A stretch of DNA of 49,438 bases from the IMG/VR virus record IMGVR_UViG_3300048693_000179, positions 1 through 49,438 of that record; one strand, 5' to 3'. Of this stretch, positions 9,301 through 17,322 are shown piece by piece. The translations under genes and the position numbers were made by a program. Below the pieces are notes generated by a model. The model saw nothing but the letters and a program-made list of their open reading frames with translations, was not told the DNA's origin and did not search any database. Positions within the stretch are counted from its first letter, which is position 1; each line of letters starts with the position of its first letter. Source of the DNA: a virus (Duplodnaviria > Caudoviricetes).

Positions 9301-11629
9301 GTCTGTTGTTTCTTATTACGCATCTCTTAAGAATGTATTTGTTAACCAATACGGACAAATCTATTCTTATAGCACGGTGGACACTGGTTTCCAAGTGCTT
9401 GTGGATGAAACCACCCCAGACGTAAGAACAGTGTTTGGTGGTGACACATTCATTAGCAGGTTTGCATTTAAGACCAAGCTTCCATTCTTTATTGACAACC
9501 GTGTGAATGCTCCTGATGACAGTGATATATTCTATGATGAGATAGGTAATATAGCCTATCCAAAATACTGGCACTCAGCACGTTCTATTCTTAGAGACTA
9601 CACCATCACAAGTGTAGGTGTATTGTCAAACATTATATCTTACAAGGCTCACAACTTTGACTGTCCAAACAGTCAGTTTGTAGCTCCTGGACAGCCTAAG
9701 GATAGCAATCCTGGAAGGACCTACTATGATGGATATTTCTATTTGTTTGCATACGGTATTCCTAATTTCTATTGTGAGAGCTCTTACAACGTAGACCTAC
9801 GTCAAGCTTTCAATAATAGAGAGGGTGATTTCTGGCCTCACGTAAGCACAGGAATTCCTGATGACTGGGTGCAGCAAAGCTATGTTCCTATTGTTCAGGA
9901 CAATACATACTACTACAATGTCACATATTCTAAGCAGAATAGAGAGAACACATTTACAAATCTACCTATCGACTGGGGTAAACCTTGCTTCACATACTAC
10001 CCTTTCAGAGCTATCTATTCTGATTCTCAGAATATCGACTCTGATAACAGGGTAAATAGCTGGTTGATTTACAGGGCCATATCTTATTATGATTTCCCAC
10101 AGAACTATGGAAATCTTATATCTCTGGACGGAATTCAGAACAAGTCAGTTCTTGCCCGTTTTGAGAACAAGACACTTCTGTACAACAACCTCCTCACGAT
10201 AGATACAAGTAACCCTCAGGCAGCGTATGTGGGTAATCCTCAGTTCTTTAGATCAGCCCCTCCGATTGACTTCGCAGAAACTGATTTGGGATATGTAGGA
10301 ACCCAAAACAAGATGTTGTTGAAGATTCCACAAGGACAAGTGTCTGTGGATGCTAAACGTGGTCAGGTGTTCCTGATTGCTGGTACACAGGCTGTAGACC
10401 TGTCAGGGTTTGGTTCAGGACTTAACAGGTTCTTTACAGACCACCTAGCATTTGAAATCCTGCGTTATTTCCCAGACGTACCCACAGATAACCACTTCAC
10501 AGGAATTGGTATACATGGTGTGTTTGATAGTAAGTATGACAGGGTGCTCATCACTAAGCTTGATTATGTTCCAAAGAGCAATGATGTTAAATATGATGCT
10601 GTAAAGAGAGAGTTTTATGTTGAAACTCGATATGTAATGCCTTCAGAAGATCTTTCATACAGTGTGGTTCGTGAGAGAGTGTATTTAACAGATGAGAAAT
10701 ACTTCTGCAACAAGAGCTGGACAGTGTCTTTCAACTTCAATACTAAGAGCTGGATAAGCTTCCATAGCTACCTGCCTAACTGGTACATTGGTGAGAACAA
10801 CTTCTTCTACTCTGGTATAAATGGATGTTGTGATGACTTTGATGTGATTGTTGGTGTTCCTGGACCTGTTCCAACTACCACCACCACTTCTAGTACATCT
10901 ACAACTTCCACAAGCTCAACCACCACTACAACCACTACATTGAACTGTAATCTTGTAGGAACTGTTACAGAGACAAACTGTACCCTATCAGGGACAGCTG
11001 TGGTAACAGTCCCACCACCAATACCTCCTTGTGAAAGACCCGAAGGTTTGATAGAAGATGTATTCTTTACAGGATATAACATCACATCTCCCCCTAGCAA
11101 TGTGGATTCTACAGGAAGTCAGTCAGACGCATGTAATGCTGTTGCCTACCTGAATACATTTGGTGGATCGTATGTGAACGTTGTACCTACATTCCTCACT
11201 ATCGAATATCAAGGATTGTATATTGGATCTGGAGTGTTTGTGACCAATGGTACAAATGATTGTACAACAATCCCTGATGGTTGGTATTTCACAGGGGCTT
11301 CTCAATCGGTTAATACAGTGTTCCAAGTGGTAGGTGGGTTGATTGTATACATCACTGATTGTACAACTACAACAACCTCTACAAGTAGTACAACAACTAG
11401 TACAACCAGCACAACATCTACAACTAGTACAACAACTACTAGTACGTCATCTACAACAACCACAACAACAACTGCTGTACCTGTAACTACAACCACTACA
11501 TCTACTAGTAGTAGTACAACAACTACCACTACAACAGATACACCAACAACCACTACAACCACAACAACTGCACTCGATTGCTCGCTAGCTGGAACAGCTG
11601 TTGAAGAAGATCCATCATCATACCTTTAA
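6377..11629 (+). CDS. Tail stabilization (muzzle, P22 gp10-like) protein, N-terminal part, with Thr/Cys-rich C-terminal extension
   Basis: GLNMD...YALNA start, IYWTDGYNPRRYLDID, GTYQFAIQY, RGYLRDEVYAFEIVF, VFGGDTFISRF and SWISFHSYLP resemble crAss-like stabilization proteins; after ~10840 the sequence switches to poly-Thr and Cys modules. Confidence 0.75.
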   Translation: MAEQEQGNIRQEYNNATTGLNMDQTPNQIPKGKLTYALNAAVENYDANSVNYQNEPGNELCVTFPSGFVLIGNHFIQEKNKHIFFITNPDTGDSQIGYMENNDCIYRVIVNAPCLNFNTSYPIHKVAHKITNCTTEIYWTDGYNPRRYLDIDNIPKVLKSGTPFCDPKYTDDLDCNQLKLQPNFNIPQLEVTNVTNTGNLIAGTYQFAIQYSDAQGNPYTSYYSVTNPTPIADEFITSVNFNYAVGKSIILNISNLEDTGLYQYFNLAVIKTVNDITSVELVGTYYIDAVQKEITYTGQNVTQIRLTINDIFEKFPYYDIAQDLTVAQDVLIWDNLTSIDRINYQSIASQIPLLWESWRIPANENYADELNATNLRGYLRDEVYAFEIVFLLKNGKQTDGFHIPGRIKGPAENLQPDVPDTNPDFIGVPDYTSGGVGYSPYWKIYNTGSVLGTSPGYSPAPDYKGPYQYGQFGYWESTDTYPCNKDVWGDLAGQPIRHHKFPDINVSPAYESKIFTGPSGMVMGNDAVFPIGVQIDVQLVSSLIQTSNLTPEQKDDIVAFKIIRADRGTNKSIVAKGILRNVNTYEREEETYYYPNYPYNDLNSDPFLNTTNNAYSQICDGYTVFIDTLVVDPAGGPSFAEVEWTDCNTNKVTKKKLFTIGQHPFCSIGKPTILGPATGKVGLSTYEVWTAQVCNPSPFAFARGGRIEWNDIYTGVTTQWVNGWPTSPVYTLYVVPGTGGPVQIEGPGEICFTGPTLVTGANCKAETPQPGVTEKYRQIFNSPETSFGQPFLGGVLKLESVMFGRGKGHFVEVRDNAKYKLLTEEAQRDALESAEELGDVTTPFNATAMFTAYQAYLTIYINGITRKNYAYSFNSIGDYNYGVGVPDNQGIKQRTLDIARYLIPGVQNVGDLYNINNFQRESSVYLRTDLNKTALPFPDQSPNMLSAGSPIVTDISRFTISERNKCQAPAKEEDMSVVSYYASLKNVFVNQYGQIYSYSTVDTGFQVLVDETTPDVRTVFGGDTFISRFAFKTKLPFFIDNRVNAPDDSDIFYDEIGNIAYPKYWHSARSILRDYTITSVGVLSNIISYKAHNFDCPNSQFVAPGQPKDSNPGRTYYDGYFYLFAYGIPNFYCESSYNVDLRQAFNNREGDFWPHVSTGIPDDWVQQSYVPIVQDNTYYYNVTYSKQNRENTFTNLPIDWGKPCFTYYPFRAIYSDSQNIDSDNRVNSWLIYRAISYYDFPQNYGNLISLDGIQNKSVLARFENKTLLYNNLLTIDTSNPQAAYVGNPQFFRSAPPIDFAETDLGYVGTQNKMLLKIPQGQVSVDAKRGQVFLIAGTQAVDLSGFGSGLNRFFTDHLAFEILRYFPDVPTDNHFTGIGIHGVFDSKYDRVLITKLDYVPKSNDVKYDAVKREFYVETRYVMPSEDLSYSVVRERVYLTDEKYFCNKSWTVSFNFNTKSWISFHSYLPNWYIGENNFFYSGINGCCDDFDVIVGVPGPVPTTTTTSSTSTTSTSSTTTTTTTLNCNLVGTVTETNCTLSGTAVVTVPPPIPPCERPEGLIEDVFFTGYNITSPPSNVDSTGSQSDACNAVAYLNTFGGSYVNVVPTFLTIEYQGLYIGSGVFVTNGTNDCTTIPDGWYFTGASQSVNTVFQVVGGLIVYITDCTTTTTSTSSTTTSTTSTTSTTSTTTTSTSSTTTTTTTAVPVTTTTTSTSSSTTTTTTTDTPTTTTTTTTALDCSLAGTAVEEDPSSYL

Positions 11630-11641
11630 ATATTATATAAA

Positions 11642-12250
11642 ATGACAGTATTAATAACATTAACCACAGCTGGAACAGACACAGGTCCTTTTGATCTTTA
11701 TTCAAATCTGGATGGTTATGTTTCAGCATTTGAAACAGGGGTGTCTAAAGCTGCACTTGTAGCAGGTTATTCATCTGCACTTGTTCCTAATGGTACTTCT
11801 ACAATCAGGATTAAGTCCACTGGTGTATGTGTGAACTATATAGATGTTACAGTGATTACAACCACTACAACTACTACATCTAGTAGTACATCTACAACAA
11901 CCAGTACAACCAGTACAACCACCACTGCAGCACCAGCTACTGAGTTATTTGTTTATGCAAAATATATAAACTCTCAATCTGCTGGTGATTTACAATACAC
12001 TATTAATGGCGGATCTCCAGTTACAATTGGAGCTGTAAGCACATCGTCTTGTTTGTATTTGTATACAATAAGTGGAATCACTACAGGTGATAGTATTTCA
12101 TTCAGTGATTCAAACAGTCAGGCAATTGGAGGAAGTACATCAACTTGTCCTTCAGGTCCTGGTGGATTTAGCTGTGTGTACAACTACTCTGTATTAGTGT
12201 CTGGTCCACAATATGCATACATTTCTGTTGACGGAACTAACGCTTGCTAA
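11642..12250 (+). CDS. Two-domain beta-rich virion protein with poly-Thr linker
   Basis: N-terminal ~70-aa domain paralogous to that of the 12262 ORF, Thr/Ser linker, Cys-containing C-terminal domain. Confidence 0.7.
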   Translation: MTVLITLTTAGTDTGPFDLYSNLDGYVSAFETGVSKAALVAGYSSALVPNGTSTIRIKSTGVCVNYIDVTVITTTTTTTSSSTSTTTSTTSTTTTAAPATELFVYAKYINSQSAGDLQYTINGGSPVTIGAVSTSSCLYLYTISGITTGDSISFSDSNSQAIGGSTSTCPSGPGGFSCVYNYSVLVSGPQYAYISVDGTNAC

Positions 12251-12261
12251 AACAAATAAGA

Positions 12262-13128
12262 ATGGCTAAGACAATCATCATAAAATTAACTAGCTCAGGA
12301 CCCACAGCGGGACCCTTTACAATCATTGACCAACTTGGAAACACTCTAGCAACGGGTGTTTCCAAGGAGGACTTGATTTCTGGGGTGAGCTATGTTGTGG
12401 ATGATGCTGTTAATGTCATCACTATAGAATCTACAGGTAAGTGCAAAAACAAGAAAAACTTCCCTGTCACTACAGTTAATCCTGTAAGTTTAGCAGCTAC
12501 CACGTATAACCAAATATCAACAGCTTGTATCTGGAGGCACTTGAAGAACCCAGTGGTGTATAACTACTTCTATGGAAACATAGAACCTTACATCATCGAG
12601 TATCCATTTGCCTATCAGTATCAGGATGAAATCCTACAATCTGTTCAGGATTACACCAAGGCATACAGATACTTCTCTGATCCAGATGGTGTGTCTGATG
12701 ATAATCGCAAGATAGAAACTGACAATGCTTGGTTTAATAAGGCTGTTCTTTACAATGGTCAACAGAGTACAGGTGTGCTTGAGTTGGTTCCTAAACCAAT
12801 CAACAACCTGAAGGAATACTTGAAGTATCCTATATACAACGCTGATAGTAAGACAATTACATTCACAAAGAGTGATAACTTCTACCAATACAATACGTTC
12901 TGGAGTCTTGTAAAGAACAAACAAGAGCCTCTGTTCATACGCACGTGCGAGAACTTGTCTCTGGATAAGGTGGTGAACCAGGCTAATATGGACTATGGAA
13001 AGAGATCCTTTAAGAAGGAACCTCTAAGAGCTAAGGAGCTTAAGGTGAGACACATCCTTGATAACAGATATGATGCACACCTAGTTTCTCAGTTTATTTA
13101 CACACCATCTCAAATCTCTTACAAATAA
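12262..13128 (+). CDS. Probable C-terminal part of the tail stabilization/muzzle protein fused to a small N-terminal domain
   Basis: IWRH...YNYFYG...PYIIEY...FNKAVLYNGQQSTG.LEL...LRAKELKVR resembles the C-terminus of crAss-like muzzle proteins. ATG at 12262 preferred over TTG at 12244. Confidence 0.6.
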   Translation: MAKTIIIKLTSSGPTAGPFTIIDQLGNTLATGVSKEDLISGVSYVVDDAVNVITIESTGKCKNKKNFPVTTVNPVSLAATTYNQISTACIWRHLKNPVVYNYFYGNIEPYIIEYPFAYQYQDEILQSVQDYTKAYRYFSDPDGVSDDNRKIETDNAWFNKAVLYNGQQSTGVLELVPKPINNLKEYLKYPIYNADSKTITFTKSDNFYQYNTFWSLVKNKQEPLFIRTCENLSLDKVVNQANMDYGKRSFKKEPLRAKELKVRHILDNRYDAHLVSQFIYTPSQISYK

Positions 13129-13859
13129 TGGCTAAGTGGTTAGACAAATATGAACAAGGAGGATTGGTCTTGAAACAAAAGACCAAGGATAACTATGGTG
13201 TAAAGCCAAACGTTAACGATGATAAAGCCACCTACCCTGATGGATTTGTAGGATGGGAGTATGACATAACAGGACGTAACTATAGCCCTGCATGGGGTGG
13301 TCAGTTTAAAGATGGTGGTAACTTGATGCCCGCTATGGCTGGAGCCAACCAAACTATTCCTATGTATCAAATGGGAGGCAGTCTTCCTGGTGCTGTAGGA
13401 TTCATGTACGCACGTACACAGAATCCTGCTCCTAGCAATGGTCCATACGCTAAGAAGACCAAGGCTAGTGCACAGAATGGAATGGAGATGAAATACTACC
13501 AAGAAGGCTTGGATTTCAAACCTAAGACCATTAGTCAGGATGGTACGGTGATAGATCCTAAAGGATATTGGAACCCTGAGAACTGGGGTAATCCTGTAAT
13601 CATCCCATCCACAGATATCACTATGGAGGGTGTGTATGAACCGCTGATTGGTATATCTGACACAGGAGATATACAATATATGGAACCTGGAGAGGATTAT
13701 GAATTTGATGGTGAATATGTAACAGAATACCCTGTGGCAAAAGGAGGAATTAGTGTGAATAATGCTGATGCTCAACCTGTTAAGAAGTTAGATCAATTGC
13801 TTAACTTTACAAACTATAACAAACCAACCAAGGGCGGCTGGTTAGATAAATATAACTGA
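13128..13859 (+). CDS. Putative internal virion/cargo protein
   Basis: Repeated xxGG motifs (YEQGG, FKDGG, YQMGG, VAKGG); WLDKY at both ends; TAATG coupling. Confidence 0.65.
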   Translation: MAKWLDKYEQGGLVLKQKTKDNYGVKPNVNDDKATYPDGFVGWEYDITGRNYSPAWGGQFKDGGNLMPAMAGANQTIPMYQMGGSLPGAVGFMYARTQNPAPSNGPYAKKTKASAQNGMEMKYYQEGLDFKPKTISQDGTVIDPKGYWNPENWGNPVIIPSTDITMEGVYEPLIGISDTGDIQYMEPGEDYEFDGEYVTEYPVAKGGISVNNADAQPVKKLDQLLNFTNYNKPTKGGWLDKYN

Positions 13860-13860
13860 T

Positions 13861-16800
13861 ATGAAAAAACAGATGCTTAAAATTGCTGGTGTCAAGTCTG
13901 AAAAGGAATTCTACAAGAAGTTTCCTACAGAAGAAGCATTCATGGCTAAGCACGGTAAGGCCTTTAAGAAAGCTCAAATTGGTGCATATATTGGTGGTGA
14001 GAAAGATGCTGGTTTCCAGCCTACAAACTTCCAAGAGATGTATGATGCTGTAGACTACGGTGTTACAGGATCTACAGATGAAATGCGTAAAGAGGATGCT
14101 TATAGAAAGGCTGAAATTTCTGCTGCACAACAAGCTGCCAAAAATAGTAGTGGAGGAGGTGGAGGACTTGGTAATATTGCCAATGTTCTTCAGAGTGAAG
14201 AGCTTATGAGTGCCCTTGGTAGCGCAGCTGGTGGTGCTAGAAAAGGTAAGAAGATTAAGAAAGCACAGCCTGGAGAAGTGATTGAATCAGACACTCCTGG
14301 TGGAATGGGAAGACCTTTACCTCCTGAGCTTAGACAAAATGATATTGATGTAGAAGAGATACCAGGTGGAGACTTTTTCAAGCAAGCATCTAAATATGCA
14401 GGTCCTGCAGGACAACTTATTCAGGGCTTTCAGCAATTAAAAGCAGAGAAAGAGGCGCTTAAAAGTGCTGAGCAAATGAGAGATGTGAGTGGACTTGTTA
14501 AACAAGCTGCTAGCACACGTCCTGAAGAAACACAACGTAGATATGTTCGTCCTGAGGATGTAGTGAACACAGGAGAAGAGTTCTTCCCAATATATGGTGT
14601 AGGTACAAACGTACTTGCAAGAAATGGAGCTTCTGTTGGTGGTGGAGAAATCATGAACACGTTTGCTCCTAATACATTGTATGACAATCTTGGATATGAA
14701 CCTTTGAACGAGAGCGAACGTTACAAACAGTTTATGCATGGCGGTAAAATGCATAAAGCTCAAACTGGTTTAGAAGCATTTGCTGAAGCTGGTGGTGGAG
14801 ATATTACAAGTAAATTAATTGGTAGCATCACTGGTGAAAATGCTGGTGGTAACATAGGTGGCACGATTGGTAAGACAGCTGGAATGTTCTTTGGACCAGT
14901 GGGAAGCATGGTGGGTCAAGCAGCTGGTCAACTTATTGGTGCAGCTCTAGACAGAAAGCCACAACAGATTAAGAAAGCTAAGGATGCTACACAAAGAAAT
15001 CTCAAAGCTACAGCTCTTCAATCAGGGCTTCAGGGTGGGCTTGCACAGAATACATCATTCATGCAAGATGGTGGAACTACATCTCCTTATGCATGGATGA
15101 GTCATACATGGCAACCTCAGGTGATAGCCACCTTTGGAGAGCACAAAGTGAGCGACTTGCTTAGACCTCCTAAGGATGCTGATATGCTCAGAGCTGGTGG
15201 TCATCTAAAAGAATACACTCCTCCTAGTGCAAGAGCTATGTCTACAGAAAGACCTGACTTCCAGATGGGTGGTGAGCTTCAGACACATTGGGGTGGATAT
15301 GCTGAACCTATGTCTCAGAATCCATACCTACCAGATGGTGGTGAAACTGTAATGTTCAGAGGTCAGTCTCATGATGAGAGTGATGGAAAGGGCAACACAG
15401 GTATTGGTATCACCTATGGTGACAATCCTGTAGAAGTGGAAAGAGGTGAACCTGCTATGAAGATGAAAGACGGATCTAATGGAGATAGCAGCCTTGTAGT
15501 GTTTGGCAACATCAAAATAACAAAGGGTTTTGCAGATATGTTAGGTGATCCTAAAGCTGCTGGTAAGAAGTTTAAAACTTATACAGCTGATTTGTCTAAG
15601 CAAGAGAACAAAGCTAACAAAGCAATCGATAAAGCTTCTGCAATGCTAGATGACTATGATCCTATAACATCTATTGACAAGCTAGAGGGAAACTCTTATG
15701 CAGCAACAGTGTATGGTAAAAACAAACAACTTCAAATTTTAGCAGATAAGAAGATGAACGCTGCTGCTTTACAAAATGCTGTTAACGATACTAAAGAAGA
15801 AAACTTGTTAAAGATTACAGATAAAGGAGATGTGGTAGCTAGAAAAGGAGCTAACATTCCTAAAGCTCAAGCTGGGTACACTAGTAAATATGGTCTTGTT
15901 CCTTGGACAGGTGATAAGAACAGTGGTATTAAGAATGCCTCTGCTTATTCTACAAAGGAGTGGGATGAGATTGCTGAATACCTAGGATTTGATAAAACTG
16001 GTCAGCGTGGTAATAAAGCATTCCAAGAGTTCTTGTTCAAAAACGAAGAACTTAAAAATGCTATTATCAACAACCACCAACGTTTGTACAACTCAGATCC
16101 TACATCTACATCTAGAAACTGGTATGACAATAAGTTAGGTGCTGGATGGGCTGCTCCTGAGCTTAAGCCTAAGGCTCCTCAGACACCTCCATCAACTATC
16201 CCTACACTTACAACCACTGAGTTGAAACAACCTACAGGTGAAAAGACAACCACCACTCAGACAACTAGGTATGGTGTCACTCCTTATAAGAGAAGCGGAC
16301 TTGTTGATATTCTGAGTCAGGCACTTCCATTTGTACGTCCTTCAGATATAGAGGAGCTTGATGCTAGACAGCTTGCTGGTGAGATGTATGCGCTGGCTAC
16401 CAATCAGTTAGAGCCTGTAGCTGCACAAACAATTCAGCCTCAGCTAACTGTTCCTTATGACATCTCTCTTCAAGACATTCTGAATGAGAACAGGGCTTCC
16501 TTGAGATCACAACAAAGACTTGTGGGATACAATCCTGCTTTACAAAGTCAACTTGGGGCACAAGAATATGCTGCTAATCAGAGAGTGCTAGGTGAGCAAT
16601 TCCGTATGAATCAAGCTATGAAGAATCAGATTTACAAAGAGAACAGAGATAAGCTTGATCTGTTTGGCTTGAAGAATCTGGAGATTCTTGACCGTCAGTA
16701 TGTTCGTCAGGCTGAGGCTAAGAGTAAAACCAAGGCTACAACACAGGCTGCTCTCAACTCAATCAGTGACAAATATCTACGTAACCAGTTGGAAAACAGG

Positions 16801-17235
16801 ACATTAGCTACAATGGAGAATCTGTACAACTACCGTTACGATCCTAGATTCAGAACTATCAATATGAACGCTCCATATCAACCTACCATACCAACTGTAT
16901 ACGGGGGAGATGTTCAAAGAGTTCCTGTTCTAGATGACAAGGGAAATATCCTCTATTATGAGCAAAAGGTAGTGAACCCAGGTACAGCCACCGCTGTAGA
17001 GGTTCCTGCCCCAGGCGTTAGGGTTCCTGTTTCAAGAAGGGAAGAAATCGCTATAGAACTTCCTGCTAATGCCACTGTGCCAGCAGAAAAATCTCAACTT
17101 GGTCAGACTAATCCTTACATGAGTGAGGCTCAGGCCATGGAAATGGGATTTGAACCATTTGGAAAAAATGGGCTGAAGGTGGGTAAGAAAAAGAAACTCA
17201 ATAGCTCAATCGTAAAGGCTATGAAAAATCTATAA
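13861..17235 (+). CDS. Cargo/ejection protein 1-like
   Basis: Glycine-zipper hydrophobic segment GGNIGGTIGKTAGMFFGPVGSMVGQAAGQLIGAAL, GQSHDE..G..VEVERGE motif, Gln/Asn-rich helical C-terminus; follows the muzzle as in crAss-like phages. Confidence 0.65.
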   Translation: MKKQMLKIAGVKSEKEFYKKFPTEEAFMAKHGKAFKKAQIGAYIGGEKDAGFQPTNFQEMYDAVDYGVTGSTDEMRKEDAYRKAEISAAQQAAKNSSGGGGGLGNIANVLQSEELMSALGSAAGGARKGKKIKKAQPGEVIESDTPGGMGRPLPPELRQNDIDVEEIPGGDFFKQASKYAGPAGQLIQGFQQLKAEKEALKSAEQMRDVSGLVKQAASTRPEETQRRYVRPEDVVNTGEEFFPIYGVGTNVLARNGASVGGGEIMNTFAPNTLYDNLGYEPLNESERYKQFMHGGKMHKAQTGLEAFAEAGGGDITSKLIGSITGENAGGNIGGTIGKTAGMFFGPVGSMVGQAAGQLIGAALDRKPQQIKKAKDATQRNLKATALQSGLQGGLAQNTSFMQDGGTTSPYAWMSHTWQPQVIATFGEHKVSDLLRPPKDADMLRAGGHLKEYTPPSARAMSTERPDFQMGGELQTHWGGYAEPMSQNPYLPDGGETVMFRGQSHDESDGKGNTGIGITYGDNPVEVERGEPAMKMKDGSNGDSSLVVFGNIKITKGFADMLGDPKAAGKKFKTYTADLSKQENKANKAIDKASAMLDDYDPITSIDKLEGNSYAATVYGKNKQLQILADKKMNAAALQNAVNDTKEENLLKITDKGDVVARKGANIPKAQAGYTSKYGLVPWTGDKNSGIKNASAYSTKEWDEIAEYLGFDKTGQRGNKAFQEFLFKNEELKNAIINNHQRLYNSDPTSTSRNWYDNKLGAGWAAPELKPKAPQTPPSTIPTLTTTELKQPTGEKTTTTQTTRYGVTPYKRSGLVDILSQALPFVRPSDIEELDARQLAGEMYALATNQLEPVAAQTIQPQLTVPYDISLQDILNENRASLRSQQRLVGYNPALQSQLGAQEYAANQRVLGEQFRMNQAMKNQIYKENRDKLDLFGLKNLEILDRQYVRQAEAKSKTKATTQAALNSISDKYLRNQLENRTLATMENLYNYRYDPRFRTINMNAPYQPTIPTVYGGDVQRVPVLDDKGNILYYEQKVVNPGTATAVEVPAPGVRVPVSRREEIAIELPANATVPAEKSQLGQTNPYMSEAQAMEMGFEPFGKNGLKVGKKKKLNSSIVKAMKNL

Positions 17236-17307
17236 CTAACTCAGTTATAGCGAATTACCAAAACTTGTTATTGCTCTTGGAAAATACAACTATTCATAAT
17301 ACATTTG
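17233..17307 (+). promoter_or_regulatory. Bacteroidota-type promoter preceded by TAAC-N7-GTTA palindromes
   Basis: TTG 17277-17279, 20-bp spacer, perfect TACATTTG 17300-17307; palindrome 17233-17247 and degenerate copy 17256-17270. Confidence 0.7.
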
Positions 17308-17322
17308 CTAACTTGACTTAAA

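Noticed and set aside
11302-11562. Poly-Val minus-strand ORFs
   Set aside because: Antisense shadows of ACN (Thr) codon runs.
10840-12520. Intron or intein explaining the muzzle split
   Set aside because: The intervening DNA is fully coding for Thr/Cys modules; no homing endonuclease, splicing motifs or structured non-coding gap was seen.
13903-13945. EFYKKFPTEEAF resembles the N-terminus of IS1595-family transposases
   Set aside because: No zinc ribbon, DDE domain or terminal repeats follow.
17230-17250. CTATAACT-aactc-AGTTATAG as a terminator
   Set aside because: AT-rich stem with no U-tract; better explained as the operator-like palindrome also found at 2830.
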